From NCBI RefSeq assembly GCF_044324875.1, contig NZ_CP172185.1: a stretch of 64,000 nt of DNA, one strand, 5' to 3'. Below, in pieces: positions 33,343 to 44,171 of the stretch (positions within the stretch are counted from its first letter, which is position 1; each line of letters starts with the position of its first letter). The notes under the pieces are model-generated. The model was not told where the DNA came from and did not search any database. It saw only the letters and a list, made by a program, of their open reading frames with translations. Origin of the DNA: Escherichia coli (GTDB lineage: Bacteria > Pseudomonadota > Gammaproteobacteria > Enterobacterales > Enterobacteriaceae). A program made the translations under genes and the position numbers.

Positions 33343-34074
33343 ATGAAAAAAGGGAAAGTACGTAGCGCGTTGATAGCATTAGCCGTGCTGCTGGCCGGTT
33401 GTTCCAGTAATGCGCAGTATAATAGCAGTGCATCGGGCAATGTCGGCACCGCCTGGGGTGGGGATGTGCACTCATCGGTTCAGGGCGTATCTGCTGAGCG
33501 AGCCTGGCGCGATCCGGCAGAGATGATCGTTATTAGTTATTCGACTAATGTTCCTTCCGGCTATGACCGCGTTTATAGCATTCGTATTAACGAACTGGAA
33601 TATGCTATTCGCGATGGTAATTTTAATTCTCTACCTATTACGCGTTTTTATGATTCATCCAATAATGAACCACGCTATATTGTCCATGCCAGAGTCGGAA
33701 TGAATTATCAATTATATGTCCGTAATTACAGTCGTAACACCAACTACGAGATCGTTGCTACGGTTGATGGCCTGGATGTGCTGAACGGCAAGCAAGGTTC
33801 GCTGAATAACAACGGCTATATTGTGAATGCCGGAGATTCATTAGCGATTAAAGGATTCCGCAAAGATAAACATACCGAAGCGGCTTTTCAGTTCGCCAAC
33901 GTTGCTGATTCCTACGCAGCCAATTCGGCGCAAGGCGATGTGCGTAATACCGGGGTAATCGGCTTTGCCGCCTTTGAATTACAAGGTCCGACGCAAAACG
34001 CGCTGCCGCCGTGCTCTGGACAAGCCTTTCCGGCAGATAACAATGGCTATGCGCCGCCACCGTGTCGGAAATAG
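33343..34074 (+). CDS. Lipoprotein of unknown function (243 aa)
   Basis: Signal peptide with LAGC lipobox; RBS GAGGGA; lies in the speA–speB spacer where, as I recall, K-12 has no gene. Confidence 0.75.
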   Translation: MKKGKVRSALIALAVLLAGCSSNAQYNSSASGNVGTAWGGDVHSSVQGVSAERAWRDPAEMIVISYSTNVPSGYDRVYSIRINELEYAIRDGNFNSLPITRFYDSSNNEPRYIVHARVGMNYQLYVRNYSRNTNYEIVATVDGLDVLNGKQGSLNNNGYIVNAGDSLAIKGFRKDKHTEAAFQFANVADSYAANSAQGDVRNTGVIGFAAFELQGPTQNALPPCSGQAFPADNNGYAPPPCRK

Positions 34075-34141
34075 CAACCTCGCTTGATGCCTCGTCCATT
34101 TAAGGCGATAATTAGCACAAACTTGTGTTTCGCAAATCCAA

Positions 34142-34182
34142 CCCTTCCTCGTCGGGCCTAACGACGCGGAAGGGTTTTTTTA
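34142..34182 (+). terminator. Intrinsic terminator after the lipoprotein gene, upstream of speB
   Basis: CCCTTCCTCGTCG...CGACGCGGAAGGG hairpin followed by TTTTTTT. Confidence 0.6.
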
Positions 34183-34209
34183 TATCGACTTTGTAATAGG
34201 AGTCCATCC

Positions 34210-35130
34210 ATGAGCACCTTAGGTCATCAATACGATAACTCACTGGTTTCCAACGCCTTTGGTTTTTTACGCCTGCCGATGAACTTCCAGCCATATGACA
34301 GCGATGCTGACTGGGTGATTACTGGCGTGCCGTTCGATATGGCCACTTCTGGTCGTGCGGGGGGACGCCACGGTCCGGCAGCGATCCGTCAGGTTTCGAC
34401 GAATCTGGCCTGGGAACACAATCGCTTCCCGTGGAATTTCGACATGCGTGAACGCCTGAACGTCGTGGACTGCGGCGATCTGGTATATGCCTTCGGAGAT
34501 GCCCGTGAGATGAGCGAGAAGCTGCAGGCGCACGCCGAGAAGCTGCTGGCTGCCGGTAAGCGTATGCTCTCTTTCGGTGGTGACCACTTTGTTACGCTGC
34601 CGCTGCTGCGTGCTCATGCTAAGCATTTCGGCAAAATGGCGCTGGTACACTTTGACGCCCACACCGATACCTACGCGAACGGTTGTGAATTTGACCACGG
34701 CACCATGTTCTATACCGCGCCGAAAGAAGGTCTGATCGACCCGAATCATTCCGTGCAGATTGGTATTCGTACTGAGTTCGATAAAGACAACGGCTTTACC
34801 GTTCTGGACGCCTGCCAGGTGAACGATCGCAGCGTGGATGACGTTATCGCCCAGGTGAAACAGATTGTGGGTGATATGCCGGTTTACCTGACCTTTGATA
34901 TCGACTGCCTGGATCCTGCATTTGCGCCGGGAACCGGTACGCCGGTGATTGGCGGCCTGACCTCCGATCGCGCTATTAAACTGGTACGCGGCCTGAAAGA
35001 TCTCAACATCGTTGGGATGGACGTAGTGGAAGTGGCTCCGGCATACGATCAGTCGGAAATCACCGCTCTGGCTGCGGCGACGCTGGCGCTGGAGATGCTG
35101 TATATTCAGGCAGCGAAAAAGGGCGAGTAA
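34210..35130 (+). CDS. speB: Agmatinase
   Basis: Full-length match to SpeB (306 aa). Confidence 0.97.
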   Translation: MSTLGHQYDNSLVSNAFGFLRLPMNFQPYDSDADWVITGVPFDMATSGRAGGRHGPAAIRQVSTNLAWEHNRFPWNFDMRERLNVVDCGDLVYAFGDAREMSEKLQAHAEKLLAAGKRMLSFGGDHFVTLPLLRAHAKHFGKMALVHFDAHTDTYANGCEFDHGTMFYTAPKEGLIDPNHSVQIGIRTEFDKDNGFTVLDACQVNDRSVDDVIAQVKQIVGDMPVYLTFDIDCLDPAFAPGTGTPVIGGLTSDRAIKLVRGLKDLNIVGMDVVEVAPAYDQSEITALAAATLALEMLYIQAAKKGE

Positions 35131-35167
35131 GCGCCGGATAAGATGCGTTATGCGTCAAATCCGGCGT
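35131..35167. repeat. REP-like palindrome between convergent speB and loiP
   Basis: GCGCCGGAT...ATCCGGCG stem. Confidence 0.4.
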
Positions 35168-35177
35168 AATAAAATGC

Positions 35178-35936
35178 TTACTTAACTCCATCCGCGCTCA
35201 TACGATCGCGAATATGCTGGGCGCGTTCGGCGGATGCTGGATGGTCGTCAAACATTGAGCTTTGACGGCCTTCTTCCAGCTTCGCCAGTTTTTCAAAGCT
35301 GGTGGCAAGACCTGCCGGGCTGATGCCGCGTTGGCGCAGAAGATCGTAAGAATAATCATCGGCTTCTGCTTCCTGGCGCTGGGAGAATTGCGAATTAACT
35401 AATTTCTCGCCCAGATCACCGAGTTGTGATTGAGATAAACTGCCGACAATCCCGCCCGCAGAGGCTGCAGCTACTCGCACGGCATTTGTACCAAGTGCCA
35501 CCTGCATCCCTTTCTTCACATGGCCTAACGCCACGTGCCCCATCTCGTGACCGATCACCGCTTCGACTTCGTTATCCGTCATCATATCCATCAGCCCGCT
35601 ATAGACGCGGATACAGCCGTTAGCCATTGCAAAGGCGTTCACATCCTTCGCCATATACACTTTGTAATTCACCGGCTGACCGTTGATATTGTTGCCTAGC
35701 GCATTGGCAATAGTTGTCAGACGTTTAGCGTATTCGCTATTGGCTGGCGCAATCGTCGCCTTGCTATCCATCTCCTGACATGCCTGATCGCTCAGGGTTT
35801 TCACCTGCGCATCACTCAAACTGTAAGCCTGAAAAGCTTCCGCTCCTGATGAGAGCAGTCCGTTGGAGTCCATATTCTGGCAACCGGTCAGTACCGTTGC
35901 CACGCTCATTGCTACCAATAAGGCGCGAATTTTCAT
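35178..35936 (-). CDS. loiP: Outer-membrane metalloprotease LoiP (YggG), M48 family
   Basis: Lipoprotein signal (MKIRALLVAMSVATVLTGC) and HEMGH zinc motif. Confidence 0.9.
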   Translation of the reverse strand: MKIRALLVAMSVATVLTGCQNMDSNGLLSSGAEAFQAYSLSDAQVKTLSDQACQEMDSKATIAPANSEYAKRLTTIANALGNNINGQPVNYKVYMAKDVNAFAMANGCIRVYSGLMDMMTDNEVEAVIGHEMGHVALGHVKKGMQVALGTNAVRVAAASAGGIVGSLSQSQLGDLGEKLVNSQFSQRQEAEADDYSYDLLRQRGISPAGLATSFEKLAKLEEGRQSSMFDDHPASAERAQHIRDRMSADGVK

Positions 35937-36213
35937 GTTTTCTCTTCCGCACAAGGTCAGGATTATTCTAAAAATGCGCCGTTTGCAGGTGAATCGACGC
36001 TCAGTCTCAGTATAAGGAAAAGCGCAGCGGACGGGCGAGCAGATTGCGCAACATGCGAGCATGATCCAGAGATTTCTGAAGCGGCAAAAGGATGTTCCAT
36101 GTACATGACGCGCGGCTTGCGGTAAATTGTTGGCAAATTTTCCGGCGTAGCCCAAAACGCGCTGTCGTCAAGTCGTTAAGGGCGTGCCCTTCATCATCCG
36201 ATCTGGAGTCAAA

Positions 36214-38205
36214 ATGTCCTCACGTAAAGAGCTTGCCAATGCTATTCGTGCGCTGAGCATGGACGCAGTACAGAAAGCCAAATCCGGTCACCCGGGTGCC
36301 CCTATGGGTATGGCTGACATTGCCGAAGTCCTGTGGCGTGATTTCCTGAAACACAACCCGCAGAATCCGTCCTGGGCTGACCGTGACCGCTTCGTGCTGT
36401 CCAACGGCCACGGCTCCATGCTGATCTACAGCCTGCTGCACCTCACCGGTTACGATCTGCCGATGGAAGAACTGAAAAACTTCCGTCAGCTGCACTCTAA
36501 AACTCCGGGTCACCCGGAAGTGGGTTACACCGCTGGTGTGGAAACCACCACTGGTCCGCTGGGTCAGGGTATTGCCAACGCAGTCGGTATGGCGATTGCA
36601 GAAAAAACGCTGGCGGCGCAGTTTAACCGTCCGGGCCACGACATTGTCGACCACTACACCTACGCCTTCATGGGTGACGGCTGCATGATGGAAGGCATCT
36701 CCCACGAAGTTTGCTCTCTGGCGGGTACGCTGAAGCTGGGTAAACTGATTGCGTTCTACGATGACAACGGTATCTCTATCGATGGTCACGTTGAAGGCTG
36801 GTTCACCGACGACACCGCAATGCGTTTCGAAGCTTACGGCTGGCACGTTATTCGCGGCATCGACGGTCATGACGCGGCATCCATCAAACGCGCAGTAGAA
36901 GAAGCGCGCGCAGTGACTGACAAACCGTCCCTGCTGATGTGCAAAACCATCATCGGTTTCGGTTCACCGAACAAAGCCGGTACGCACGACTCCCACGGTG
37001 CGCCGCTGGGCGACGCTGAAATCGCCCTGACCCGCGAACAGCTGGGCTGGAAATATGCACCGTTCGAAATCCCGTCTGAAATCTATGCTCAGTGGGATGC
37101 GAAAGAAGCAGGCCAGGCGAAAGAATCCGCATGGAACGAGAAATTCGCTGCTTACGCGAAAGCTTATCCGCAGGAAGCCGCTGAATTTACCCGCCGTATG
37201 AAAGGCGAAATGCCGTCTGACTTCGACGCCAAAGCGAAAGAGTTCATCGCTAAACTGCAGGCTAATCCAGCGAAAATCGCCAGCCGTAAAGCGTCTCAGA
37301 ATGCGATTGAAGCGTTCGGTCCGCTGTTGCCGGAATTCCTCGGCGGCTCTGCTGACCTGGCACCGTCTAACCTGACCCTGTGGTCTGGTTCTAAAGCAAT
37401 CAACGAAGATGCTGCGGGTAACTACATCCACTACGGTGTTCGCGAGTTCGGTATGACCGCGATTGCCAACGGTATCTCCCTGCACGGTGGTTTCCTGCCG
37501 TACACCTCTACCTTCCTGATGTTCGTGGAATACGCACGTAACGCCGTACGTATGGCTGCGTTGATGAAACAGCGTCAGGTTATGGTTTACACCCATGACT
37601 CCATCGGTCTGGGCGAAGATGGCCCGACTCACCAGCCGGTAGAGCAGGTTGCTTCTCTGCGCGTGACCCCGAACATGTCTACATGGCGTCCATGTGACCA
37701 GGTTGAATCTGCAGTGGCATGGAAATACGGTGTTGAGCGTCAGGACGGCCCGACCGCGCTGATCCTCTCCCGTCAGAACCTGGCGCAGCAGGAGCGTACT
37801 GAAGAGCAGCTGGCAAACATCGCGCGCGGTGGTTATGTGCTGAAAGACTGCGCCGGTCAGCCAGAACTGATTTTCATCGCGACCGGTTCGGAAGTTGAAC
37901 TGGCGGTTGCTGCCTACGAAAAACTGACTGCTGAAGGCGTGAAAGCGCGCGTGGTTTCCATGCCGTCTACCGACGCATTCGACAAGCAGGACGCGGCTTA
38001 CCGTGAATCCGTACTGCCGAAAGCGGTTACCGCTCGTGTTGCGGTAGAAGCGGGTATTGCTGACTACTGGTACAAGTATGTTGGCCTGAACGGCGCTATC
38101 GTCGGCATGACCACCTTCGGTGAATCTGCTCCGGCAGAGCAACTGTTTGAAGAGTTCGGCTTCACCGTTGACAACGTTGTTGCGAAAGCAAAAGAACTGC
38201 TGTAA
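36214..38205 (+). CDS. tktA: Transketolase 1
   Basis: Translation from [17 protein letters not shown] matches TktA (663 aa). Confidence 0.97.
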   Translation: MSSRKELANAIRALSMDAVQKAKSGHPGAPMGMADIAEVLWRDFLKHNPQNPSWADRDRFVLSNGHGSMLIYSLLHLTGYDLPMEELKNFRQLHSKTPGHPEVGYTAGVETTTGPLGQGIANAVGMAIAEKTLAAQFNRPGHDIVDHYTYAFMGDGCMMEGISHEVCSLAGTLKLGKLIAFYDDNGISIDGHVEGWFTDDTAMRFEAYGWHVIRGIDGHDAASIKRAVEEARAVTDKPSLLMCKTIIGFGSPNKAGTHDSHGAPLGDAEIALTREQLGWKYAPFEIPSEIYAQWDAKEAGQAKESAWNEKFAAYAKAYPQEAAEFTRRMKGEMPSDFDAKAKEFIAKLQANPAKIASRKASQNAIEAFGPLLPEFLGGSADLAPSNLTLWSGSKAINEDAAGNYIHYGVREFGMTAIANGISLHGGFLPYTSTFLMFVEYARNAVRMAALMKQRQVMVYTHDSIGLGEDGPTHQPVEQVASLRVTPNMSTWRPCDQVESAVAWKYGVERQDGPTALILSRQNLAQQERTEEQLANIARGGYVLKDCAGQPELIFIATGSEVELAVAAYEKLTAEGVKARVVSMPSTDAFDKQDAAYRESVLPKAVTARVAVEAGIADYWYKYVGLNGAIVGMTTFGESAPAEQLFEEFGFTVDNVVAKAKELL

Positions 38206-38214
38206 TCGGTAAGA

Positions 38215-38243
38215 TGCAGGGCCGCGAAAGCGGCCCTTTTTTT
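38215..38243. terminator. Intrinsic terminator after tktA
   Basis: GGGCCGC gaaa GCGGCCC hairpin followed by TTTTTTT. Confidence 0.6.
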
Positions 38244-39150
38244 ACTTAGTAGAGATAAACGGAACTGTACTGCCGGGGATCATGGTATCGGGCAGCTTAC
38301 CGTCCCAACGCTCTGCAGTGGTTAGGGCAACAAGTCCGGGATTATCCCGCAGAGCTTCACCGCGCAGGCGGATAGCTTCTGCTTCAGCCGCACTTTTTAA
38401 ACGAATAGTTTCAGCCTCTGCCGCGCCTCTTACGCGAATAGTCTCAGCTTCTGCTTTGGCTGCCGCCAGTTTACTGTCTGCTTCTGCCTGGGCCTGAGTT
38501 ACCGCTATTTGCGCCTGGATTTTCTCTGTTTCCAGATTTTGCTTACGTGTGGCAATGGCGACTTCTGCTTTCATTCGGTCTTCAATCGACTTTTCATAAG
38601 CGTCAGAAAAATCAATATTTTCAATCTGAACACCATCAATCACCACCGGGCCAACGACGGCTTTACGCATTGCATTTTGCAGATCCTGAACGAGTTTTGT
38701 ACGATCCTGTACGGCGCTGATGGCGGTATATTGGCCGAAAACGTTCTCCAGTTGAGTTGGCAACTGACGGACAATCAGACGATCTTTTAATGCTTCAATG
38801 GTGTTGTAGGTGGTATAAACCGCGCCTGCTTCTGAAGGTTTAATGTGGAAGCTGACTGATACTGTCATTTGTGCCGGTTGCTGGTCGCGGCTGTAGGCCT
38901 GTAATCCCTGATAAACCACAGCCTGATTACGCGTGGAAATTTTCTCCACGCTTTCCATAAAAGGGATCTTAAAACCCAGCCCCGGCTCGGCAACTTTCAC
39001 GATTTTTCCGTAGCGCAGCAAAATGCCGCGTTCACCTTCATTAACGGTGTAATACGAGAGAAATGGCAGCACAACCACGGCAAGCACGCCAATGACGATA
39101 GCAATAGATTTTTGTGGGCGAAATGAGGTTATTGAAACAGGTGCTTTCAT
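38242..39150 (-). CDS. SPFH/band-7 (prohibitin/stomatin-like) membrane protein, about 302 aa
   Basis: N-terminal TM helix, SPFH core, C-terminal Ala/Glu-rich coiled coil (AEAETIRVRGAAEAETIRLKSAAEAEAIRLRGE); start at 39150 has an AAGGAAG RBS. Not in the K-12 gene order I recall. Confidence 0.75.
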   Translation of the reverse strand: MKAPVSITSFRPQKSIAIVIGVLAVVVLPFLSYYTVNEGERGILLRYGKIVKVAEPGLGFKIPFMESVEKISTRNQAVVYQGLQAYSRDQQPAQMTVSVSFHIKPSEAGAVYTTYNTIEALKDRLIVRQLPTQLENVFGQYTAISAVQDRTKLVQDLQNAMRKAVVGPVVIDGVQIENIDFSDAYEKSIEDRMKAEVAIATRKQNLETEKIQAQIAVTQAQAEADSKLAAAKAEAETIRVRGAAEAETIRLKSAAEAEAIRLRGEALRDNPGLVALTTAERWDGKLPDTMIPGSTVPFISTK

Positions 39151-39526
39151 ATGAATCTTCCTTGAGTAAAGTGGGGAATATGTCACATGAGGTGAGGAGA
39201 AAATAGCCGACAGGTGAGAATTCAGAATCTATAAAGGGGTATAGCGAAAAAACATTGCATTAAAAAAGTATGTTTTCGGACATTCAATAAATAAATGGCG
39301 ATATGCAGCACAAATACAACAACAATCAAAATGTTGATTTTGTGATAAACATAGCAAATACAAAGTTGACTTTAAAAATATCAATTTCATGTTGTTGTTA
39401 TTTAAAGTTTTATTATTTTTACTCATGGGGTTTTTCTTCTCGCGTACCCAATTGCTTTCATTAAACCGCACGAGTATTTTATTTTTACCGCCGGACGGTA
39501 CCCTAAAAATAAAATAAGGATAATTT

Positions 39527-39970
39527 ATGCGGTTTATTGATTATTTTCCAGAATCATCAATCTCAGTTATACATTCAGCAAAAGATTGGCAGGAAGCTAT
39601 CGATTTCTCGATGGCATCATTGCTGGATAAAAACTATATCAACGAGAATTACATTCAGGCAATTAAAGATTCCACCATTAACAATGGCCCTTATTATATT
39701 CTCGCGTCAGGTGTGGCAATGCCTCATGCTCGACCGGAATGTGGGGCGCTTAAAACCGGGATGTCTTTAACGTTACTTAAACAAGGTGTTTATTTTCCGG
39801 GGAATGACGAACCGATAAAATTACTCATCGGCCTTTCTGCTGCCGATGCCGATTCGCACATTGGCGCTATTCAGGCGTTAAGTGAATTATTGTGTGAAGA
39901 AGAAATACTCAACCAATTATTAACAGCAGCATCAGAAAAACAATTAGCGGACATTATCAGCCGCGGATAA
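39527..39970 (+). CDS. cmtB: PTS mannitol-family EIIA (cryptic)
   Basis: 147-aa ORF with conserved His region (VAMPHAR); matches CmtB. Confidence 0.9.
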   Translation: MRFIDYFPESSISVIHSAKDWQEAIDFSMASLLDKNYINENYIQAIKDSTINNGPYYILASGVAMPHARPECGALKTGMSLTLLKQGVYFPGNDEPIKLLIGLSAADADSHIGAIQALSELLCEEEILNQLLTAASEKQLADIISRG

Positions 39971-39997
39971 TTACTCTCTCCTCTACAGGATAATATT

Positions 39998-41386
39998 ATG
40001 GAAAACAAGTCTGCTCGTGCAAAGGTCCAGGCTTTTGGGGGTTTTTTGACGGCAATGGTCATCCCCAATATCGGTGCTTTTATTGCCTGGGGCTTTATAA
40101 CTGCGTTATTTATTCCCACCGGTTGGCTGCCGAATGAACATTTCGCCAAAATTGTCGGCCCGATGATTACCTATTTATTGCCCGTGATGATTGGTTCTAC
40201 CGGTGGTCACCTGGTCGGCGGTAAACGCGGCGCGGTCATGGGCGGAATTGGTACGATTGGTGTGATCGTCGGCGCTGAAATCCCGATGTTCCTTGGCTCG
40301 ATGATTATGGGGCCGCTCGGTGGTCTGGTGATTAAATATATCGACAAGGCGCTGGAAAAACGCATACCTGCCGGTTTTGAGATGGTTATCAATAACTTCT
40401 CATTAGGTATCGCGGGGATGCTCCTTTGTCTGCTGGGTTTTGAAGTGATCGGCCCTGCGGTGTTAATTGCCAATACTTTCGTCAAAGAGTGTATTGAGGC
40501 GCTGGTACATGCGGGTTATCTGCCTTTGCTGTCAGTCATCAATGAACCGGCGAAAGTGCTTTTCCTTAATAATGCGATCGATCAGGGCGTCTATTATCCG
40601 CTGGGAATGCAACAGGCATCAGTTAACGGCAAATCCATCTTCTTTATGGTGGCATCCAATCCAGGGCCTGGCCTGGGGCTGCTGCTGGCGTTTACCTTGT
40701 TTGGTAAAGGGATGAGTAAGCGTTCTGCGCCTGGCGCGATGATTATTCACTTCCTCGGTGGGATCCACGAACTGTATTTCCCATATGTGCTGATGAAGCC
40801 ACTGACCATTATTGCCATGATTGCGGGCGGTATGTCTGGCACCTGGATGTTTAACTTACTTGATGGCGGTTTGGTGGCTGGCCCAAGCCCTGGCTCTATT
40901 TTTGCTTACCTGGCACTGACGCCGAAAGGCTCGTTCCTGGCGACAATTGCCGGTGTTACGGTAGGTACCCTGGTGTCCTTTGCTATCACTTCGCTGATAC
41001 TGAAGATGGAAAAAACGGTGGAAACGGAGAGCGAAGATGAGTTTGCTCAGTCAGCCAATGCGGTTAAGGCGATGAAACAAGAGGGTGCATTCTCGTTAAG
41101 CAGGGTTAAGCGTATCGCCTTTGTTTGCGATGCGGGGATGGGCTCCAGCGCGATGGGCGCAACCACCTTCCGTAAACGTCTGGAAAAAGCGGGGCTGGCA
41201 ATTGAAGTAAAACATTACGCGATAGAAAACGTGCCTGCGGATGCGGATATCGTTGTTACTCATGCCAGTCTGGAAGGGCGCGTGAAACGTGTGACGGATA
41301 AACCGCTGATACTGATTAATAACTATATTGGCGATCCAAAACTCGACACTTTATTTAATCAATTAACCGCCGAACATAAAAACTGA
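39998..41386 (+). CDS. cmtA: PTS mannitol-family EIICB (cryptic)
   Basis: 462-aa polytopic ORF with C-terminal EIIB Cys region (FVCDAGMGSS). Confidence 0.9.
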   Translation: MENKSARAKVQAFGGFLTAMVIPNIGAFIAWGFITALFIPTGWLPNEHFAKIVGPMITYLLPVMIGSTGGHLVGGKRGAVMGGIGTIGVIVGAEIPMFLGSMIMGPLGGLVIKYIDKALEKRIPAGFEMVINNFSLGIAGMLLCLLGFEVIGPAVLIANTFVKECIEALVHAGYLPLLSVINEPAKVLFLNNAIDQGVYYPLGMQQASVNGKSIFFMVASNPGPGLGLLLAFTLFGKGMSKRSAPGAMIIHFLGGIHELYFPYVLMKPLTIIAMIAGGMSGTWMFNLLDGGLVAGPSPGSIFAYLALTPKGSFLATIAGVTVGTLVSFAITSLILKMEKTVETESEDEFAQSANAVKAMKQEGAFSLSRVKRIAFVCDAGMGSSAMGATTFRKRLEKAGLAIEVKHYAIENVPADADIVVTHASLEGRVKRVTDKPLILINNYIGDPKLDTLFNQLTAEHKN

Positions 41387-41400
41387 TTGCCGAGGTAAAA

Positions 41401-42678
41401 ATGAAAACCAAAGTTGCTGCTATTTATGGCAAGCGGGATGTCCGTCTGCGCGAATTTGAACTGCCAGAAATTACCGATAATGAACTGTTAGTGAGTGTAA
41501 TTTCTGACAGCGTCTGTTTATCGACCTGGAAAGCGGCGTTACTCGGTAGTGAACATAAACGCGTACCCGACGATTTAGAAAATCATCCGGTCATTACCGG
41601 GCATGAATGTGCCGGGGTTATTGTTGAAGTGGGTAAAAATCTCACCGGCAAATATAAAAAAGGCCAGCGTTTTGTATTGCAACCGGCGATGGGGTTACCA
41701 AGCGGATATTCAGCGGGCTACAGCTACGAATATTTTGGCGGTAACGCCACCTATATGATTATTCCCGAGATCGCCATTAACCTGGGCTGCGTATTACCGT
41801 ACCACGGCTCTTATTTTGCTGCGGCGTCGCTGGCAGAGCCTATGTGCTGCATTATTGGCGCTTATCATGCCAATTATCACACCACGCAATATGTTTATGA
41901 GCATCGCATGGGCGTTAAACCTGGCGGCAATATTGCGCTGCTGGCGTGTGCAGGTCCGATGGGCATTGGCGCTATCGATTATGCTATTAACGGCGGCATA
42001 CAACCGTCGCGGGTGGTGGTGGTCGATATCGACGACAAACGCCTGGCGCAGGTACAAAAGCTGCTGCCGGTGGAACTGGCGGCCAGTAAAGGCATTGAGC
42101 TGGTGTATGTGAATACCAAAGGGATGAGCGATCCGGTCCAGACGCTGCGGGCGCTGACGGATGATGCCGGATTTGATGACGTATTTGTCTATGCAGCGGT
42201 GCCTTCAGTCGTCGAGATGGCTGATGAATTACTGGCGGAAGATGGCTGCCTGAACTTCTTTGCCGGGCCGACGGATAAAAACTTCAAAGTGCCGTTTAAT
42301 TTCTACAACGTCCATTACAACAGCACGCATGTCGTCGGTACGTCCGGCGGTTCAACGGACGACATGAAAGAGGCGATTGCGCTTAGCGCCACGGGGCAGT
42401 TACAGCCGTCGTTTATGGTGACCCATATCGGTGGCCTGGATGCAGTGCCAGAAACCGTGCTCAATCTGCCGGATATCCCCGGAGGTAAAAAACTCATTTA
42501 TAACGGCGTGACCATGCCGCTGACTGCCATTGCCGATTTTGCCGAAAAAGGCAAAACCGATCCGCTGTTTAAAGAACTGGCGCGGCTGGTTGAGGAAACG
42601 CACGGTATCTGGAATGAACAGGCCGAGAAATATCTGCTGGCGCAATTTGGCGTTGATATTGGGGAGGCCGCGCAATGA
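41401..42678 (+). CDS. yggP: Zinc-type polyol/sugar-phosphate dehydrogenase YggP
   Basis: 425-aa ORF matching YggP. Confidence 0.9.
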   Translation: MKTKVAAIYGKRDVRLREFELPEITDNELLVSVISDSVCLSTWKAALLGSEHKRVPDDLENHPVITGHECAGVIVEVGKNLTGKYKKGQRFVLQPAMGLPSGYSAGYSYEYFGGNATYMIIPEIAINLGCVLPYHGSYFAAASLAEPMCCIIGAYHANYHTTQYVYEHRMGVKPGGNIALLACAGPMGIGAIDYAINGGIQPSRVVVVDIDDKRLAQVQKLLPVELAASKGIELVYVNTKGMSDPVQTLRALTDDAGFDDVFVYAAVPSVVEMADELLAEDGCLNFFAGPTDKNFKVPFNFYNVHYNSTHVVGTSGGSTDDMKEAIALSATGQLQPSFMVTHIGGLDAVPETVLNLPDIPGGKKLIYNGVTMPLTAIADFAEKGKTDPLFKELARLVEETHGIWNEQAEKYLLAQFGVDIGEAAQ

Positions 42679-43640
42679 TGTCCCTGGCGTGGCCATTATT
42701 TCGCGTTACGGAACAGGCAGCGTTGGCTGCCTGGCCGCAAACCGGATGTGGCGACAAAAATAAAATTGATGGCCTGGCGGTCACCGCGATGCGCCAGGCA
42801 TTAAACGACGTCGCTTTTCGTGGGCGAGTGGTTATCGGCGAGGGAGAGATTGACCATGCGCCGATGCTGTGGATTGGCGAAGAGGTGGGCAAAGGCGATG
42901 GGCCAGAAGTCGATATCGCGGTTGATCCCATTGAAGGTACGCGGATGGTGGCGATGGGGCAGAGCAATGCGCTGGCGGTCATGGCTTTCGCACCTCGGGA
43001 TAGCCTGTTACATGCGCCCGATATGTATATGAAAAAGCTGGTTGTTAATCGACAGGCTGCCGGGGCGATTGATCTGTCTTTGCCTCTGGCGGACAACTTG
43101 CGAAACGTGGCGAAAGCGTTAGGCAAACCGCTGGACAAACTGCGCATGGTTACGCTGGATAAACCGCGCCTGAGTACCGCAATTGAGGAAGCAACACAGC
43201 TGGGCGTGAAGGTTTTTGCCCTGCCGGATGGCGATGTCGCCGCCAGCGTGCTGACCTGCTGGCAGGATAATCCTTACGATGTGATGTACACCATCGGCGG
43301 TGCGCCGGAGGGCGTGATTTCTGCCTGTGCCGTTAAAGCATTAGGCGGGGATATGCAGGCCGAGCTGATTGACTTTTGTCAGGCTAAAGGGGATTACACG
43401 GAAAATCGGCAGATTGCAGAGCAGGAGCGCAAGCGTTGCAAGGAAATGGGCGTTGACGTTAACCGTGTGTACTCGCTCGATGAACTGGTGAGGGGGAACG
43501 ATATCCTCTTTAGCGCTACGGGCGTGACGGGCGGCGAGTTGGTGAACGGTATCCAACAGACGGCGAATGGGGTGCGGACGCAGACATTACTGATCGGCGG
43601 CGCGGACCAAACGTGTAATATAATAGACTCCCTGCATTGA
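42675..43640 (+). CDS. yggF: Fructose-1,6-bisphosphatase class II paralogue (GlpX-like)
   Basis: 321-aa ORF matching YggF. Confidence 0.9.
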   Translation: MMSLAWPLFRVTEQAALAAWPQTGCGDKNKIDGLAVTAMRQALNDVAFRGRVVIGEGEIDHAPMLWIGEEVGKGDGPEVDIAVDPIEGTRMVAMGQSNALAVMAFAPRDSLLHAPDMYMKKLVVNRQAAGAIDLSLPLADNLRNVAKALGKPLDKLRMVTLDKPRLSTAIEEATQLGVKVFALPDGDVAASVLTCWQDNPYDVMYTIGGAPEGVISACAVKALGGDMQAELIDFCQAKGDYTENRQIAEQERKRCKEMGVDVNRVYSLDELVRGNDILFSATGVTGGELVNGIQQTANGVRTQTLLIGGADQTCNIIDSLH

Positions 43641-43661
43641 TGGTGATCTATCGGAAGACCA

Positions 43662-44171
43662 ATGGCGACGCTGACAGAAGATGATGTGCTTGAGCAACTG
43701 GAGGCACAGGACAATTTATTTTCATTTATGAAAACGGCGCATTCTATTTTGCTCCAGGGGATACGCCAGTTTCTACCGTCGCTGTTTGTCGATAACGATG
43801 AAGAGATCGTCGAATATGCAGTGAAGCCGTTACTCGCCCAAAGCGGCCCGCTTGACGATATTGATGTTGCACTGCGTTTGATTTATGCGCTGGGGAAAAT
43901 GGATAAATGGCTGTACGCCGATATCACGCACTTTTCCCAGTTCTGGCATTACCTGAACGAACAGAATGAAATGCCCGGATTTGCCGATGATATGACCTGG
44001 GATTTTATCAGCAACGTCAATAGCATAACCCGCAATGCGACGCTCTATGACGCGTTGAAAGCGATGAAGTTCGCCGATTTCGCCGTCTGGTCAGAGGCGC
44101 GTTTTAGCGGGATGGTCAAAACGGCGCTGACGCTGGCAGTAACGACCACCTTAAAGGAATTAACGCCGTGA
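43662..44171 (+). CDS. yggD: MtlR-like regulator YggD
   Basis: 169-aa ORF matching YggD. Confidence 0.9.
   Translation: MATLTEDDVLEQLEAQDNLFSFMKTAHSILLQGIRQFLPSLFVDNDEEIVEYAVKPLLAQSGPLDDIDVALRLIYALGKMDKWLYADITHFSQFWHYLNEQNEMPGFADDMTWDFISNVNSITRNATLYDALKAMKFADFAVWSEARFSGMVKTALTLAVTTTLKELTP

Noticed and set aside
36964-38142. 392-aa minus-strand ORF inside tktA, and the similar 324-aa ORF at 47517-48491 inside fbaA
   Set aside because: Same reasoning: antisense shadows of highly expressed glycolytic and pentose-phosphate genes, with no independent coding signal.
39229-39471. 80-aa minus-strand ORF in the AT-rich spacer before cmtB
   Set aside because: Low-complexity Asn/Lys-rich translation in a promoter region; no support for coding.
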